Both the position numbers and the translations under genes were made by a program. This document shows positions 21,253 to 29,569 of a stretch of 64,000 nt of DNA, in pieces (within the stretch, counting starts at the first letter, position 1; every line of letters begins with the position of its first letter). The notes beneath the pieces are model-generated. The model did no database searches. It was not told where the DNA came from and saw only the letters and a list, made by a program, of their open reading frames with translations. Source of the DNA: a bacterium. GTDB lineage: Bacteria; Patescibacteriota; Minisyncoccia; Minisyncoccales; CG1-02-41-26. The stretch spans positions 1,358 to 65,357 of the forward strand of contig JAZDKU010000015.1 of NCBI GenBank assembly GCA_043802745.1, in the 5' to 3' direction.

Positions 21253-23380
21253 AAGCCCGACAAAGGCGAAAACCCTGCAAGGGTTTCTTGACAAAAATTA
21301 CAATGTTATCTCTTCTTTTGGTCATGTGAGAGATTTGCCAAAAAGTGTTTTGGGTGTGGATGTTGAAAAAAACTTTGAAGTGAAGTATATCGTGCCAATT
21401 AAAGCCAAACCAAAGGTGAAGATCTTAAAAGAAGAGGCTAAAAAATCTGATGAAATTATACTAGCAACCGACGAAGACCGCGAAGGAGAAGCAATTGCCT
21501 GGCACTTATCTGAAGTTTTAAAGCTAGAAAACCCAAAAAGAATTGCTTTTCACGAAATAACAAAAACAGCTATTGAAGAAGCGTTAAAAAACCCGCGAAA
21601 AATAGATATGAATTTAGTAAACGCCCAGCAATCAAGAAGAGTTTTGGACAGATTGGTTGGCTACAAGCTTTCTCCTTTTTTATGGAAAAAAATAATGCGA
21701 GGGTTGTCAGCGGGCCGAGTGCAGTCAGTGGCTATGCGCTTAATTTGCGCAAGAGAAGACGAAATCAAAAAATTTATCCCCCAAGAGTACTGGTCCATTG
21801 AGGCATTGCTTGACCGCTTCCGCCCCACCCCTCGGCCCCAAGCCGAGGAGTGGGGCGGTTTCCGAGCAAATTTGATTGGCGTTGAAATAAAAAACAAAGC
21901 TCAAGCTGATAAAATTTTGCAGGAATTAGATGGGGCGCAATACATTGTTGAAAGCATTGAGAAAAAAGAAACAATCAGAAACCCCCAAGCCCCCTTCACC
22001 ACCAGCACTCTCCAACAAACATCTTCAAGCAAGCTAGGCTATGGAGCAAAAAGAACCATGATGATTGCCCAAAAGCTTTATGAAAAAGGTCATATTACCT
22101 ATCATCGTACCGATTCCTTAAACCTAAATATGCAAAGCCAAGAAATAGCCAAGCAGTTTATAATTAACTCTTTTGGTGAAAAATATTGGCCAGGAGATTA
22201 TAGAAAGTTTAAAACAAAATCAAAATCAGCCCAAGAAGCCCATGAGGCCATCCGGCCAACTCATCCTGAAAACGATCCTGATAGCTTTAAAAAATCAGCT
22301 AAGCCAACCCCAGACGAATCAAAGCTTTACACTTTAATTTGGCAAAGATTTATAGCTAGTCAAATGAGCCAGGCTATTTTTGACACTTGCTCAATTGACA
22401 TAAAAGCCCATTCGGCAAGCTCAGGGCAGGCCCCTTCGAATTCCTCAGGACAGGCTTATACATTTAGGGCTAATGGCCAAACCTTAAAATTTGATGGGTT
22501 TTTGAAAGTTTATCCTGTTAAGTTTGAAGAAACAGATTTGCCCAACTTGGATAAGGGCGAAGTTCTTGAGTTAAAAGACTTACTCTCAAATCAACATTTT
22601 ACCCAACCCCCGGCCAGATATTCAGAAGCAACATTAATAAAAGTTTTAGAAAAAGAAGGCATTGGCCGACCATCAACATATGCCCCAACGCTAAGCACAA
22701 TTCAACAGAGAAACTACACCGAGAAAGACGAAAACAAAAAGCTAAAACCAACCCAAATTGGCATAATGGTTGACACGATGCTTTTAGCGAACTTTCCCCA
22801 GATTGTAGATATTCAATTTACTGCTAAAATGGAGAAAGAGTTCGATGAGGTAGCTAATGGAAAAGACACTTTTCAACAAACCTTAAAAGATTTTTATATG
22901 CCATTTGAAAAAATTTTAAAAGACAAAGAAAAAACCGTGGAAAAATTAGATCTCACAGAAAAAACCGATAAAATATGCCCAGAATGTAAAAACCCAATGG
23001 TGCTACGGATGGGCAGGTTTGGAAAGTTTTATGCGTGCAGTAAGTTTCCAGAGTGTAAACATACAGAGCCAATAAAAAAACCAACTCTTGGAATTGAGTG
23101 CCCAAAATGCGGTCTAGGTCAAATAACTGAAAAAACAACAAAAACCAAAAAAATATTTTACGGTTGCTCAAATTGGCCCAAGTGCGACTTTGCTTTATGG
23201 GATAAACCAGTTAATCAATTCTGCCCGGATTGCAAGTCTATAATGATAGAAACAAAACCTGCCCGCAATGCTTCCAGCATAGCTGATGCAGGCGGGAGTA
23301 AAGTAATAAAATGCCCAAGTAAAACCTGCCCATCAATTATCAATGCAAAAGAAAATAAAAAACTTAAAAAGGAAACTTAA
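21230..23380 (+). CDS. topA: DNA topoisomerase I
   Basis: IVESPTKAK, ATDEDREGEAI, ITYHRTDS, QEAHEAIRPT and C-terminal Zn ribbons. Confidence 0.97.
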   Translation: MQSLIIVESPTKAKTLQGFLDKNYNVISSFGHVRDLPKSVLGVDVEKNFEVKYIVPIKAKPKVKILKEEAKKSDEIILATDEDREGEAIAWHLSEVLKLENPKRIAFHEITKTAIEEALKNPRKIDMNLVNAQQSRRVLDRLVGYKLSPFLWKKIMRGLSAGRVQSVAMRLICAREDEIKKFIPQEYWSIEALLDRFRPTPRPQAEEWGGFRANLIGVEIKNKAQADKILQELDGAQYIVESIEKKETIRNPQAPFTTSTLQQTSSSKLGYGAKRTMMIAQKLYEKGHITYHRTDSLNLNMQSQEIAKQFIINSFGEKYWPGDYRKFKTKSKSAQEAHEAIRPTHPENDPDSFKKSAKPTPDESKLYTLIWQRFIASQMSQAIFDTCSIDIKAHSASSGQAPSNSSGQAYTFRANGQTLKFDGFLKVYPVKFEETDLPNLDKGEVLELKDLLSNQHFTQPPARYSEATLIKVLEKEGIGRPSTYAPTLSTIQQRNYTEKDENKKLKPTQIGIMVDTMLLANFPQIVDIQFTAKMEKEFDEVANGKDTFQQTLKDFYMPFEKILKDKEKTVEKLDLTEKTDKICPECKNPMVLRMGRFGKFYACSKFPECKHTEPIKKPTLGIECPKCGLGQITEKTTKTKKIFYGCSNWPKCDFALWDKPVNQFCPDCKSIMIETKPARNASSIADAGGSKVIKCPSKTCPSIINAKENKKLKKET
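21820..21859. repeat. In-frame palindromic element in topA (RPTPRPQAEEWGG)
   Basis: CCGCCCCACCCCTCGGC-CCCAA-GCCGAGGAGTGGGGCGG. The 39-nt coding stretch is 37/39 identical to the metG copy. Confidence 0.9.
22406..22455. repeat. In-frame tandem 24-bp repeat in topA (AHSASSGQAPSNSSGQA)
   Basis: Two imperfect units. TTCGGCAAGCTCAG also occurs on the opposite strand at 49300-49313. Confidence 0.75.
23258..23296. repeat. In-frame palindromic element in topA (PARNASSIADAGG)
   Basis: CCTGCCCGCAATGCTTC..GATGCAGGCGGG, 39 bp, homologous to the reverse complement of 50109-50160. Confidence 0.85.
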
Positions 23381-25115
23381 CTCCCCGGAGTTATTTGAAG
23401 AAATAATTCAGCTTGCAAAAGAAGAAATTTTTAGGCCTATTTTAAGCGATGAAAAAATCGCTAAAAACAAGGCTTTTTTGTTTAACCATGCCATAAAAAC
23501 CGGGGAAATACTAAGCGAAATAAACTCATCAAAAGAAACTATTTTAGCTGGAATACTTTACCAGCTCAAAGATTTAGTTTTTCCAAAATCAATCACCCAA
23601 GAAAGCCAACAAAACGAAATCTTTGACATTATAACTTTAACAAAAAAGCTTAGAGATTCTTTTGGTTTTTTCAAAGAGCCAAAAATGAAATCTATTAAAG
23701 ACTGGCAAAAAGTTCTTTTTGATGAGCAATCAGAAAATTTAAGAAAGTCATTTTTTGCTTTAGCTAAAGACCTCCAACCCATCTTGGTTTTAATAGCCGA
23801 CTCTTTGGACGAAATAGAGAGTATGGCAAGATATTACAACAAAAACCAACAAAAAAACCAGGCCATCATTGCTTTGGAAATTATGGCGCCTTTATGCTAT
23901 GCCCTTGGTATGGAAAACTTGAAAGTAAGGTTTGAAGATGCTGCCTTTCCCATTCTCTATCCCAAAGAATACGGGTGGTTAATCAAAAACTTCACCGACG
24001 ACAGAACAGAAATAAGGGCCTACACTGAAAAGATAAAACCAAAAGTTAAAAAAATTCTTCAAGATAAAGGCCTAACAAAAGTTGAAATCTTTTCCCGAGC
24101 AAAGGGCTTATTTTCGCTTTATCAAAAACTCTTAAGACACGACATGGATTTTAGCCAAATTTACGACGTAGTGGCTGTTCGGGTTTTAGTTGAAACAGCG
24201 GACGATTGTTATAAAGCCTTGGGTTTTTTGCACCAAATTTTTCAGCCCCTACCAAACAGAACAAAAGACTATATTGGCAATCCAAAAAACAATGGCTATC
24301 GGGCAATCCACACCACTGTTACTGGCCCAGAAAATAAAACATTTGAAATCCAAATAAAAACAATGCAAATGCACCAAGAAGCTGAGTTTGGTATTGCTGC
24401 TCACTTGGGATATAAGGGAAAGATAAACTCAAAAGCTTATAAACAATTTTTTTGGCTTGATAAAATTCGCCAATGGAAGGCTGAAGCAACAACAATGGAT
24501 GGTCTTTCAAAAGATATTAAAAAGGGGTTGTTTAAAGATTTAATTTTTGTTTCAACGCCAAAAGGCGACCTTATCAACCTGCCAAAAGACGCAACCCCGG
24601 TTGACTTTGCCTATGCTGTTCATTCAGATATCGGCGACCATTGCGAAGGCGCCTTGGTTAATCAAAAAATGGTACCCTTAAATTATAAACTGCAAAACAA
24701 TGACCATATAGAAATTTTGACTAGCAAGAACCACTCTCCTTCAGAAAAATGGCTAAGTTTTGTTAAGACACAAAAAGCTAAAAGCAAAATCAGCAAATTT
24801 TTAGAGCAGTCATTGGGCCAACCCGCTCAATCAATGGCTAAGGCAACTGTTTCAGCTATTACAGAAAAGGTTAGCCTTATTAAAAAAATTATTCCTAGCC
24901 GCTTTATCAAGACACCAAAAATTTTAATTGGCGGAGAACAAGGGATTGCCTTTAAGCTAACTATGTGTTGCCACCCCAAACTAGGTGATAAAATTTCAGC
25001 TTTCATAACCCAGGGAGGAGGCGCTTCTGTTCATAAAGAAACCTGCTTTAACTTAATCGAATTAAAACAAAAATGGCCCGAACGAATCGTGCCAGCTTCT
25101 TGGGTTAGTTCTTGA
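23343..25115 (+). CDS. relA: RelA/SpoT-family (p)ppGpp synthetase with TGS domain and degenerate HD domain
   Basis: RAKGLFSLYQK, DVVAVRV, KDYIGNPKNNGYRAIH, EIQIKT and TPVDFAYAVHS motifs. HD motif absent. Confidence 0.88.
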   Translation: MQKKIKNLKRKLNSPELFEEIIQLAKEEIFRPILSDEKIAKNKAFLFNHAIKTGEILSEINSSKETILAGILYQLKDLVFPKSITQESQQNEIFDIITLTKKLRDSFGFFKEPKMKSIKDWQKVLFDEQSENLRKSFFALAKDLQPILVLIADSLDEIESMARYYNKNQQKNQAIIALEIMAPLCYALGMENLKVRFEDAAFPILYPKEYGWLIKNFTDDRTEIRAYTEKIKPKVKKILQDKGLTKVEIFSRAKGLFSLYQKLLRHDMDFSQIYDVVAVRVLVETADDCYKALGFLHQIFQPLPNRTKDYIGNPKNNGYRAIHTTVTGPENKTFEIQIKTMQMHQEAEFGIAAHLGYKGKINSKAYKQFFWLDKIRQWKAEATTMDGLSKDIKKGLFKDLIFVSTPKGDLINLPKDATPVDFAYAVHSDIGDHCEGALVNQKMVPLNYKLQNNDHIEILTSKNHSPSEKWLSFVKTQKAKSKISKFLEQSLGQPAQSMAKATVSAITEKVSLIKKIIPSRFIKTPKILIGGEQGIAFKLTMCCHPKLGDKISAFITQGGGASVHKETCFNLIELKQKWPERIVPASWVSS

Positions 25116-25152
25116 AATTACCCCCAAAATCTGCAATACTAAAAAACAACAA

Positions 25153-25237
25153 GCCGAGGTGATGGAACTGGCTAGACATGTAGGTCTCAAAAACCTATGG
25201 CCGAAAGGCCGTGAGGGTTCGACTCCCTCTCTCGGCA
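25153..25237 (+). tRNA. tRNA-Leu(CAA)
   Basis: GCCGAGG/TCTCGGC acceptor with A73, TAGGT-CTCAAAA-ACCTA anticodon arm, variable arm GGCCGAAAGGCC, GTTCGACTC T-loop. Confidence 0.95.
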
Positions 25238-25253
25238 CATAAACAAAATAAAA

Positions 25254-25304
25254 AAGGGCAGACCTCCAAAAAACTTGAGCTCAGTTCTGGGGAGGTCTGC
25301 CCTT
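25254..25304. terminator. Hairpin between convergent tRNA-Leu and the NTP-transferase gene
   Basis: 14-bp perfect arms AAGGGCAGACCTCC/GGAGGTCTGCCCTT. Confidence 0.75.
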
Positions 25305-26055
25305 ATTTATTTTGTTCGTTGAGGAAGTTTTCTACTTTGGCGATGTCGTCAGGGTTGCCAAAGTCTAGCCAATAATCCTCGAGCATTTTTACTTTTACTT
25401 TGCCCTCTTTTGCCAACAAAGTAACCGCGTCAGTTAACTCGTATTCTCCTCTTGGAGATAAACAAACTTGAGAAAGTTTTTCAAAAACTTCGGGCGTAAA
25501 CTTATAAATCCCCTTGTTAACCAAATTGCCAACATATTCTTTTGGCTTTTCTATAATCTCTTTTAAGTGGCCCTTGTCATCGATTATTAAAACCCCATAT
25601 TTTTCTGGATTTTCAGCCACAGAAGCGCCAATATAATTATAGACATCATCAATAGCCATTGATTTTAAATCGCGCACAGAAAATAAATTATCCCCATAAA
25701 TGGAAATAAAGCTTTCATTACCAACGAAATCTTTAATGCATTTCATTGGGCATAAAGTGCCATATTCTTTTTCTTTTGGGCCCAAAATCTTAAATTGATC
25801 AACCAGCTGGATTTTAATATCATTTTTATTATTACTAGAGCAATGCTCCAAATATTCCTTAGCAAACCTTTCCATTAATTCAGCAAAAAAGCCAACTACT
25901 AAGATAAAATCTTTGTAGCCAGCTTCAATTAAATTATCGAGCAAATAAGCCAAAAATGGCCTTTGCTTTACACAGATTAAGGACTTGGGCTTATCTTTGC
26001 AAAGCTCTTTCATCCTTGTGCCCTGGCCGGCTGCTGCAATAACAACTTTCATCAT
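25303..26055 (-). CDS. Sugar-phosphate nucleotidyltransferase (RmlA/GlmU-like)
   Basis: AAGQGTRM..PKSL, YGD, IEKP and SPRGEYELTD motifs. Confidence 0.88.
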   Translation of the reverse strand: MMKVVIAAAGQGTRMKELCKDKPKSLICVKQRPFLAYLLDNLIEAGYKDFILVVGFFAELMERFAKEYLEHCSSNNKNDIKIQLVDQFKILGPKEKEYGTLCPMKCIKDFVGNESFISIYGDNLFSVRDLKSMAIDDVYNYIGASVAENPEKYGVLIIDDKGHLKEIIEKPKEYVGNLVNKGIYKFTPEVFEKLSQVCLSPRGEYELTDAVTLLAKEGKVKVKMLEDYWLDFGNPDDIAKVENFLNEQNK

Positions 26056-26063
26056 ATGTTAGA

Positions 26064-26197
26064 ACCCCTTAACGAGCCTGTATAATTTTTAATAAAATTA
26101 TACAGGAGAGTTTAGGGGGTATTACACCCTGTGAAGTAAAATTTGAGTACAAATTTTAATTTTAAATTTATTAAAATTTAAAATTACTTCACGGGGT
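26064..26197. mobile_element. Two adjacent MITE-like hairpin elements with ACCCC...GGGGT ends
   Basis: 26064-26120 has an inner 13-bp perfect stem CCTGTATAATTTT. 26126-26197 has ACCCTGTGAAGTAA/TTACTTCACGGGGT ends (13/14 match). Confidence 0.65.
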
Positions 26198-26237
26198 AGT
26201 GATTTTACTACTAAATTTTTGATTAGGCCTCAAAAAT

Positions 26238-28730
26238 TTATTGAAAATCTACTACGAAATTTATTAGTTTATTTTGCACGAAAACAACCTTTTTAATTGT
26301 TTGGCCTTTCAGCCATTTATTTATCTTTTCATCCTGTTTGGCAATTTCTAAAGCTTGCCCTTGACTTGCTTCTGCTTCAACTTCCACAACTCCTCTGGCT
26401 TTGCCATTGATTTGCACCACTATCTTCACCCTATCTTCAAAAAGCCACTCTTCTTCTGGTTTTGACCATTGTTCTAAAAATATACTATCATTATTTCCTA
26501 ACCGATGCCACAATTCCTCTGCTATATGGGGGGCAAACGGCGAAACAATAATCAAAAATCTTTCTAAATCTTTTTTAGACAGAAAACCTTCCTGCAAATC
26601 TTTTTGAGTCCACCATAATCCGATAAAACCCATCAAACAACTAATTGCCGTATTAAACTTCATTTGCTCAATGTCCTCTGAAACTTTTTTAATTCTCAAT
26701 TCAAGCGATACCTTCAGCTCTCTAAATTTTATTTCTTTGGGAAATTCTTTTGAAAGAGAGTCGTTAACCAACAACCATATTCTTTCTAAAAATTTTCGCG
26801 CACCAATTATAGCTTCTGTATTCCATGCGATTGCTTGGTCAAAGGGCCCCATAAACATTTCGTAAATTCTTAAAGTATCAGCTCCATATTCTTTCACAAT
26901 ATCATCAGGATTTATCACGTTGCCCTTACTCTTGCTCATTTTCACCCCCCCCTCCGCCAAAATTAACCCCACATTACGCAATTTTAAAAACGGCTCATCA
27001 AAACTAATTAAACCCTTTCTAAAAAGAGCTTTAGTAAAAAACCGAGCATATAAAAGATGCAAAACCGCATGCTCTGCTCCCCCCACATATAAATCTACTG
27101 GTAGCCAATATTTAATTTTTTCTAAGCCAGCAAACTCATTTTTATTTTGATAATCAAGATAACGAAAAAAATACCAAGACGAGCAAACAAAAGTGTCCAT
27201 TGTATCAGATTCTCGCTTTGCTTGTCCGCCGCATTGCGGGCATTTAACATTATGAAAATCCTTAGACTTTGTTAGGGGCGACTCGCCTGTTGGCACAAAA
27301 TCAACATCTGTTGGTAATAACACTGGCAAATCTTTTTCTAACACAGCTTGCTCCCCGCATTTGTCGCAATAAATAATAGGAATAGGGGCGCCCCAATATC
27401 TTTGCCTAGAAACCAGCCAATCCCGCATCCTATAATTTACTTTTTTCTCAGCTATTTTTTTACTAGCCAGCCACTGCCCAATACTTTCTATAGCTTCATT
27501 CGAGGCAATCCCATTAAATTGTTCTGAATTTGTTAAAATGCCTTCTTCTTCCCAACACTCTGCCTCTAATCTAACGCAATCCTTCTTACCCATAGCAAAA
27601 TCAACAGCATTAACTAAAGTAGCGCTCAACTCTGGTGGCAGAATAACCTTTGGACAGGGCAACCCATACTTTTTTGCAAACTCAAAGTCACGAGCGTCGT
27701 GAGCTGGCACAGCCATAATAGCGCCAGTGCCATAGCCAGACAAAACATAGTCAGCCACAAAAATCGGAATTTCTTTTCCATTGGCTGGGTTTATGGCCAT
27801 AATACCTTCTAGTTTTACACCTGTCTTATCCCTAACATCTGCCTGCCTATCTCTCTCGCTTTTTTTCTTTGCTACTTCAACATACTCTTTCACCTCCTTT
27901 AGATTTAAGATTTTAGATTTAAGATTTAAGATTATTTCATGTTCTGGAGCCACCACTAAATAAGTGCACCCGAATATAGTATCAATTCTTGTTGTGAACA
28001 CATTTATTTCAAATCTTGAATCATGAATCTTGAATCTTATTTCATGCCCAGTGCTTTTTCCAATCCAATTTTTTTGCATTATTTTAATTGGTTCTGGCCA
28101 ATCAATTTTGTCCAAGCCAGCCAAAAGCTCTTCGTTAAAATCCGTAATTTTAAAAAACCACTGCTCTAAATCTTTTTGGCTAACCTCGCTACTGCACCTT
28201 TCACACTTGCCATCTTGGGCTTGCTCATTAGCTAAAACTGTTTGGCAAGAATCGCACCAATTAACAGAGGCTTTGGCTTTATACGCCCAACCATTTTTAT
28301 AAAGAAAAAGAAAAAACCATTGTGTCCATTTGTAATATTCGGGACTTGAAGTGTCTATTTCTCTTTCCCAATCATAAGAAAATCCTAATGACTTAATTTG
28401 TTCTTTAAAATAAGCTATATTTTTGTGCGTGCTTTCGTTTGGGTGGACTTTAGTTTTAATAGCATAGTTTTCTGCTGGCAAGCCAAAAGCATCCCAACCA
28501 ATTGGATGGAGCACATTAAAACCGCTCATCCGCTTATATCGAGAAATAATATCAGTGGCTGTATATCCCTTTGGGTGGCCCACATGCAAACCAGCCCCGG
28601 AAGGATAGGGAAACATATCCAAACAATAAAACTTAGCTTTGTTGCCAAAATCCTCAGCCTTATTTAACCCTTGCTCTTCCCAAAACTTTTGCCATTTGGA
28701 TTCAATTTTATCTGGCTCGTAATTATTCAT
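26238..28730 (-). CDS. leuS: Leucine--tRNA ligase
   Basis: MFPYPSGAGLHVGH and KMSKSKGN motifs plus editing domain. Confidence 0.97.
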   Translation of the reverse strand: MNNYEPDKIESKWQKFWEEQGLNKAEDFGNKAKFYCLDMFPYPSGAGLHVGHPKGYTATDIISRYKRMSGFNVLHPIGWDAFGLPAENYAIKTKVHPNESTHKNIAYFKEQIKSLGFSYDWEREIDTSSPEYYKWTQWFFLFLYKNGWAYKAKASVNWCDSCQTVLANEQAQDGKCERCSSEVSQKDLEQWFFKITDFNEELLAGLDKIDWPEPIKIMQKNWIGKSTGHEIRFKIHDSRFEINVFTTRIDTIFGCTYLVVAPEHEIILNLKSKILNLKEVKEYVEVAKKKSERDRQADVRDKTGVKLEGIMAINPANGKEIPIFVADYVLSGYGTGAIMAVPAHDARDFEFAKKYGLPCPKVILPPELSATLVNAVDFAMGKKDCVRLEAECWEEEGILTNSEQFNGIASNEAIESIGQWLASKKIAEKKVNYRMRDWLVSRQRYWGAPIPIIYCDKCGEQAVLEKDLPVLLPTDVDFVPTGESPLTKSKDFHNVKCPQCGGQAKRESDTMDTFVCSSWYFFRYLDYQNKNEFAGLEKIKYWLPVDLYVGGAEHAVLHLLYARFFTKALFRKGLISFDEPFLKLRNVGLILAEGGVKMSKSKGNVINPDDIVKEYGADTLRIYEMFMGPFDQAIAWNTEAIIGARKFLERIWLLVNDSLSKEFPKEIKFRELKVSLELRIKKVSEDIEQMKFNTAISCLMGFIGLWWTQKDLQEGFLSKKDLERFLIIVSPFAPHIAEELWHRLGNNDSIFLEQWSKPEEEWLFEDRVKIVVQINGKARGVVEVEAEASQGQALEIAKQDEKINKWLKGQTIKKVVFVQNKLINFVVDFQ
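27898..27933. repeat. In-frame heptamer array in leuS
   Basis: (TTWAGAT)x5 encodes ILNLKSKILNLK. Confidence 0.8.
28012..28039. repeat. In-frame heptamer array in leuS
   Basis: AATCTTG AATCATG AATCTTG AATCTTA encodes IRFKIHDSRF. 23 bp match the intergenic 51697-51719 on the opposite strand. Confidence 0.8.
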
Positions 28731-29568
28731 AGTTCAATTTAAACAAATTTTTAGCGTTTTGGGTAGTGGTTTGAGCAATTTTCTCCAAACTTTCGCCTCT
28801 TATTTCGGCAATTTTTTGAGCAATGTATTTTACAAAAATCGGTTCATCGCGATCTTGCTGGCCGCCTTCGCCTTGCGGGCTAAGGCGTGCAGAAGGCGGG
28901 CAAAGAAACGGGCAATCTGTTTCCAAAAGCATTCTTTCCAGAGGCATTTTTTTAATTGTTTCTGCTAAATCCATTTTGAAAATAATTCCATTAAAGCCTA
29001 AATAAAAGCCGAGCCCCATATACTGTTGTGCCTCCTCCCAGCTCCCTGTAAAACAATGCACTACACCCCTCCCCCCTCCTAATTCATAATTCTTAATTCT
29101 TAATTCTTCTAGCAGGTCTTGATGGGCTTTTCGGCAATGTAGGATTACAGGCAAATTTAATTCTTTTGCCAAATCTAATTGTTTTAAAAAAACTTGTTTT
29201 TGCTTGTCTTTAAAAATTCTGGCCTTTTCTTTTCCTTTTGGCTCGTTCCAATAATCCAAACCAATTTCTCCTATAGCCACCACTCCCTTTTCTTTGGCTA
29301 ACTCTCTGTATTTTTCAATATCTAATTCTTCTAGTCTATCCTCGTCTAATTGACTTAAGTCAATAACGCAATTGATTGGATGCAAGCCAACAGAAGCAAA
29401 AACACCCTCTTTATGTTGTTGGGCTATTTTCACGGCTAATTGCGAGGTTTTATAGTTTGAGGAAGCGTTTATTATCCAAGTATCTTGCTCTAGGCTTTTT
29501 TTTATAACCTCATCCCTGTCCTCGTCAAACGCCTTAAAATTCAAATGGCTGTGGGTATCAATTAGCAT
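28723..29568 (-). CDS. tatD: TatD family DNase
   Basis: IDTHSH, GLHP, IGEIGLDY, HCF and LETDCP motifs. Confidence 0.95.
   Translation of the reverse strand: MLIDTHSHLNFKAFDEDRDEVIKKSLEQDTWIINASSNYKTSQLAVKIAQQHKEGVFASVGLHPINCVIDLSQLDEDRLEELDIEKYRELAKEKGVVAIGEIGLDYWNEPKGKEKARIFKDKQKQVFLKQLDLAKELNLPVILHCRKAHQDLLEELRIKNYELGGGRGVVHCFTGSWEEAQQYMGLGFYLGFNGIIFKMDLAETIKKMPLERMLLETDCPFLCPPSARLSPQGEGGQQDRDEPIFVKYIAQKIAEIRGESLEKIAQTTTQNAKNLFKLNYE
28861..28899. repeat. In-frame palindromic element in tatD (PPSARLSPQGEGG)
   Basis: CCGCCTTC...GAAGGCGG arms with inner CGCCTT/AAGGCG, GC-rich against the background. Confidence 0.7.
29077..29108. repeat. In-frame heptamer array in tatD (ELRIKNYELG)
   Basis: 32 bp identical to ileS 43118-43149. 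Confidence 0.9.
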
Positions 29569-29569
29569 A

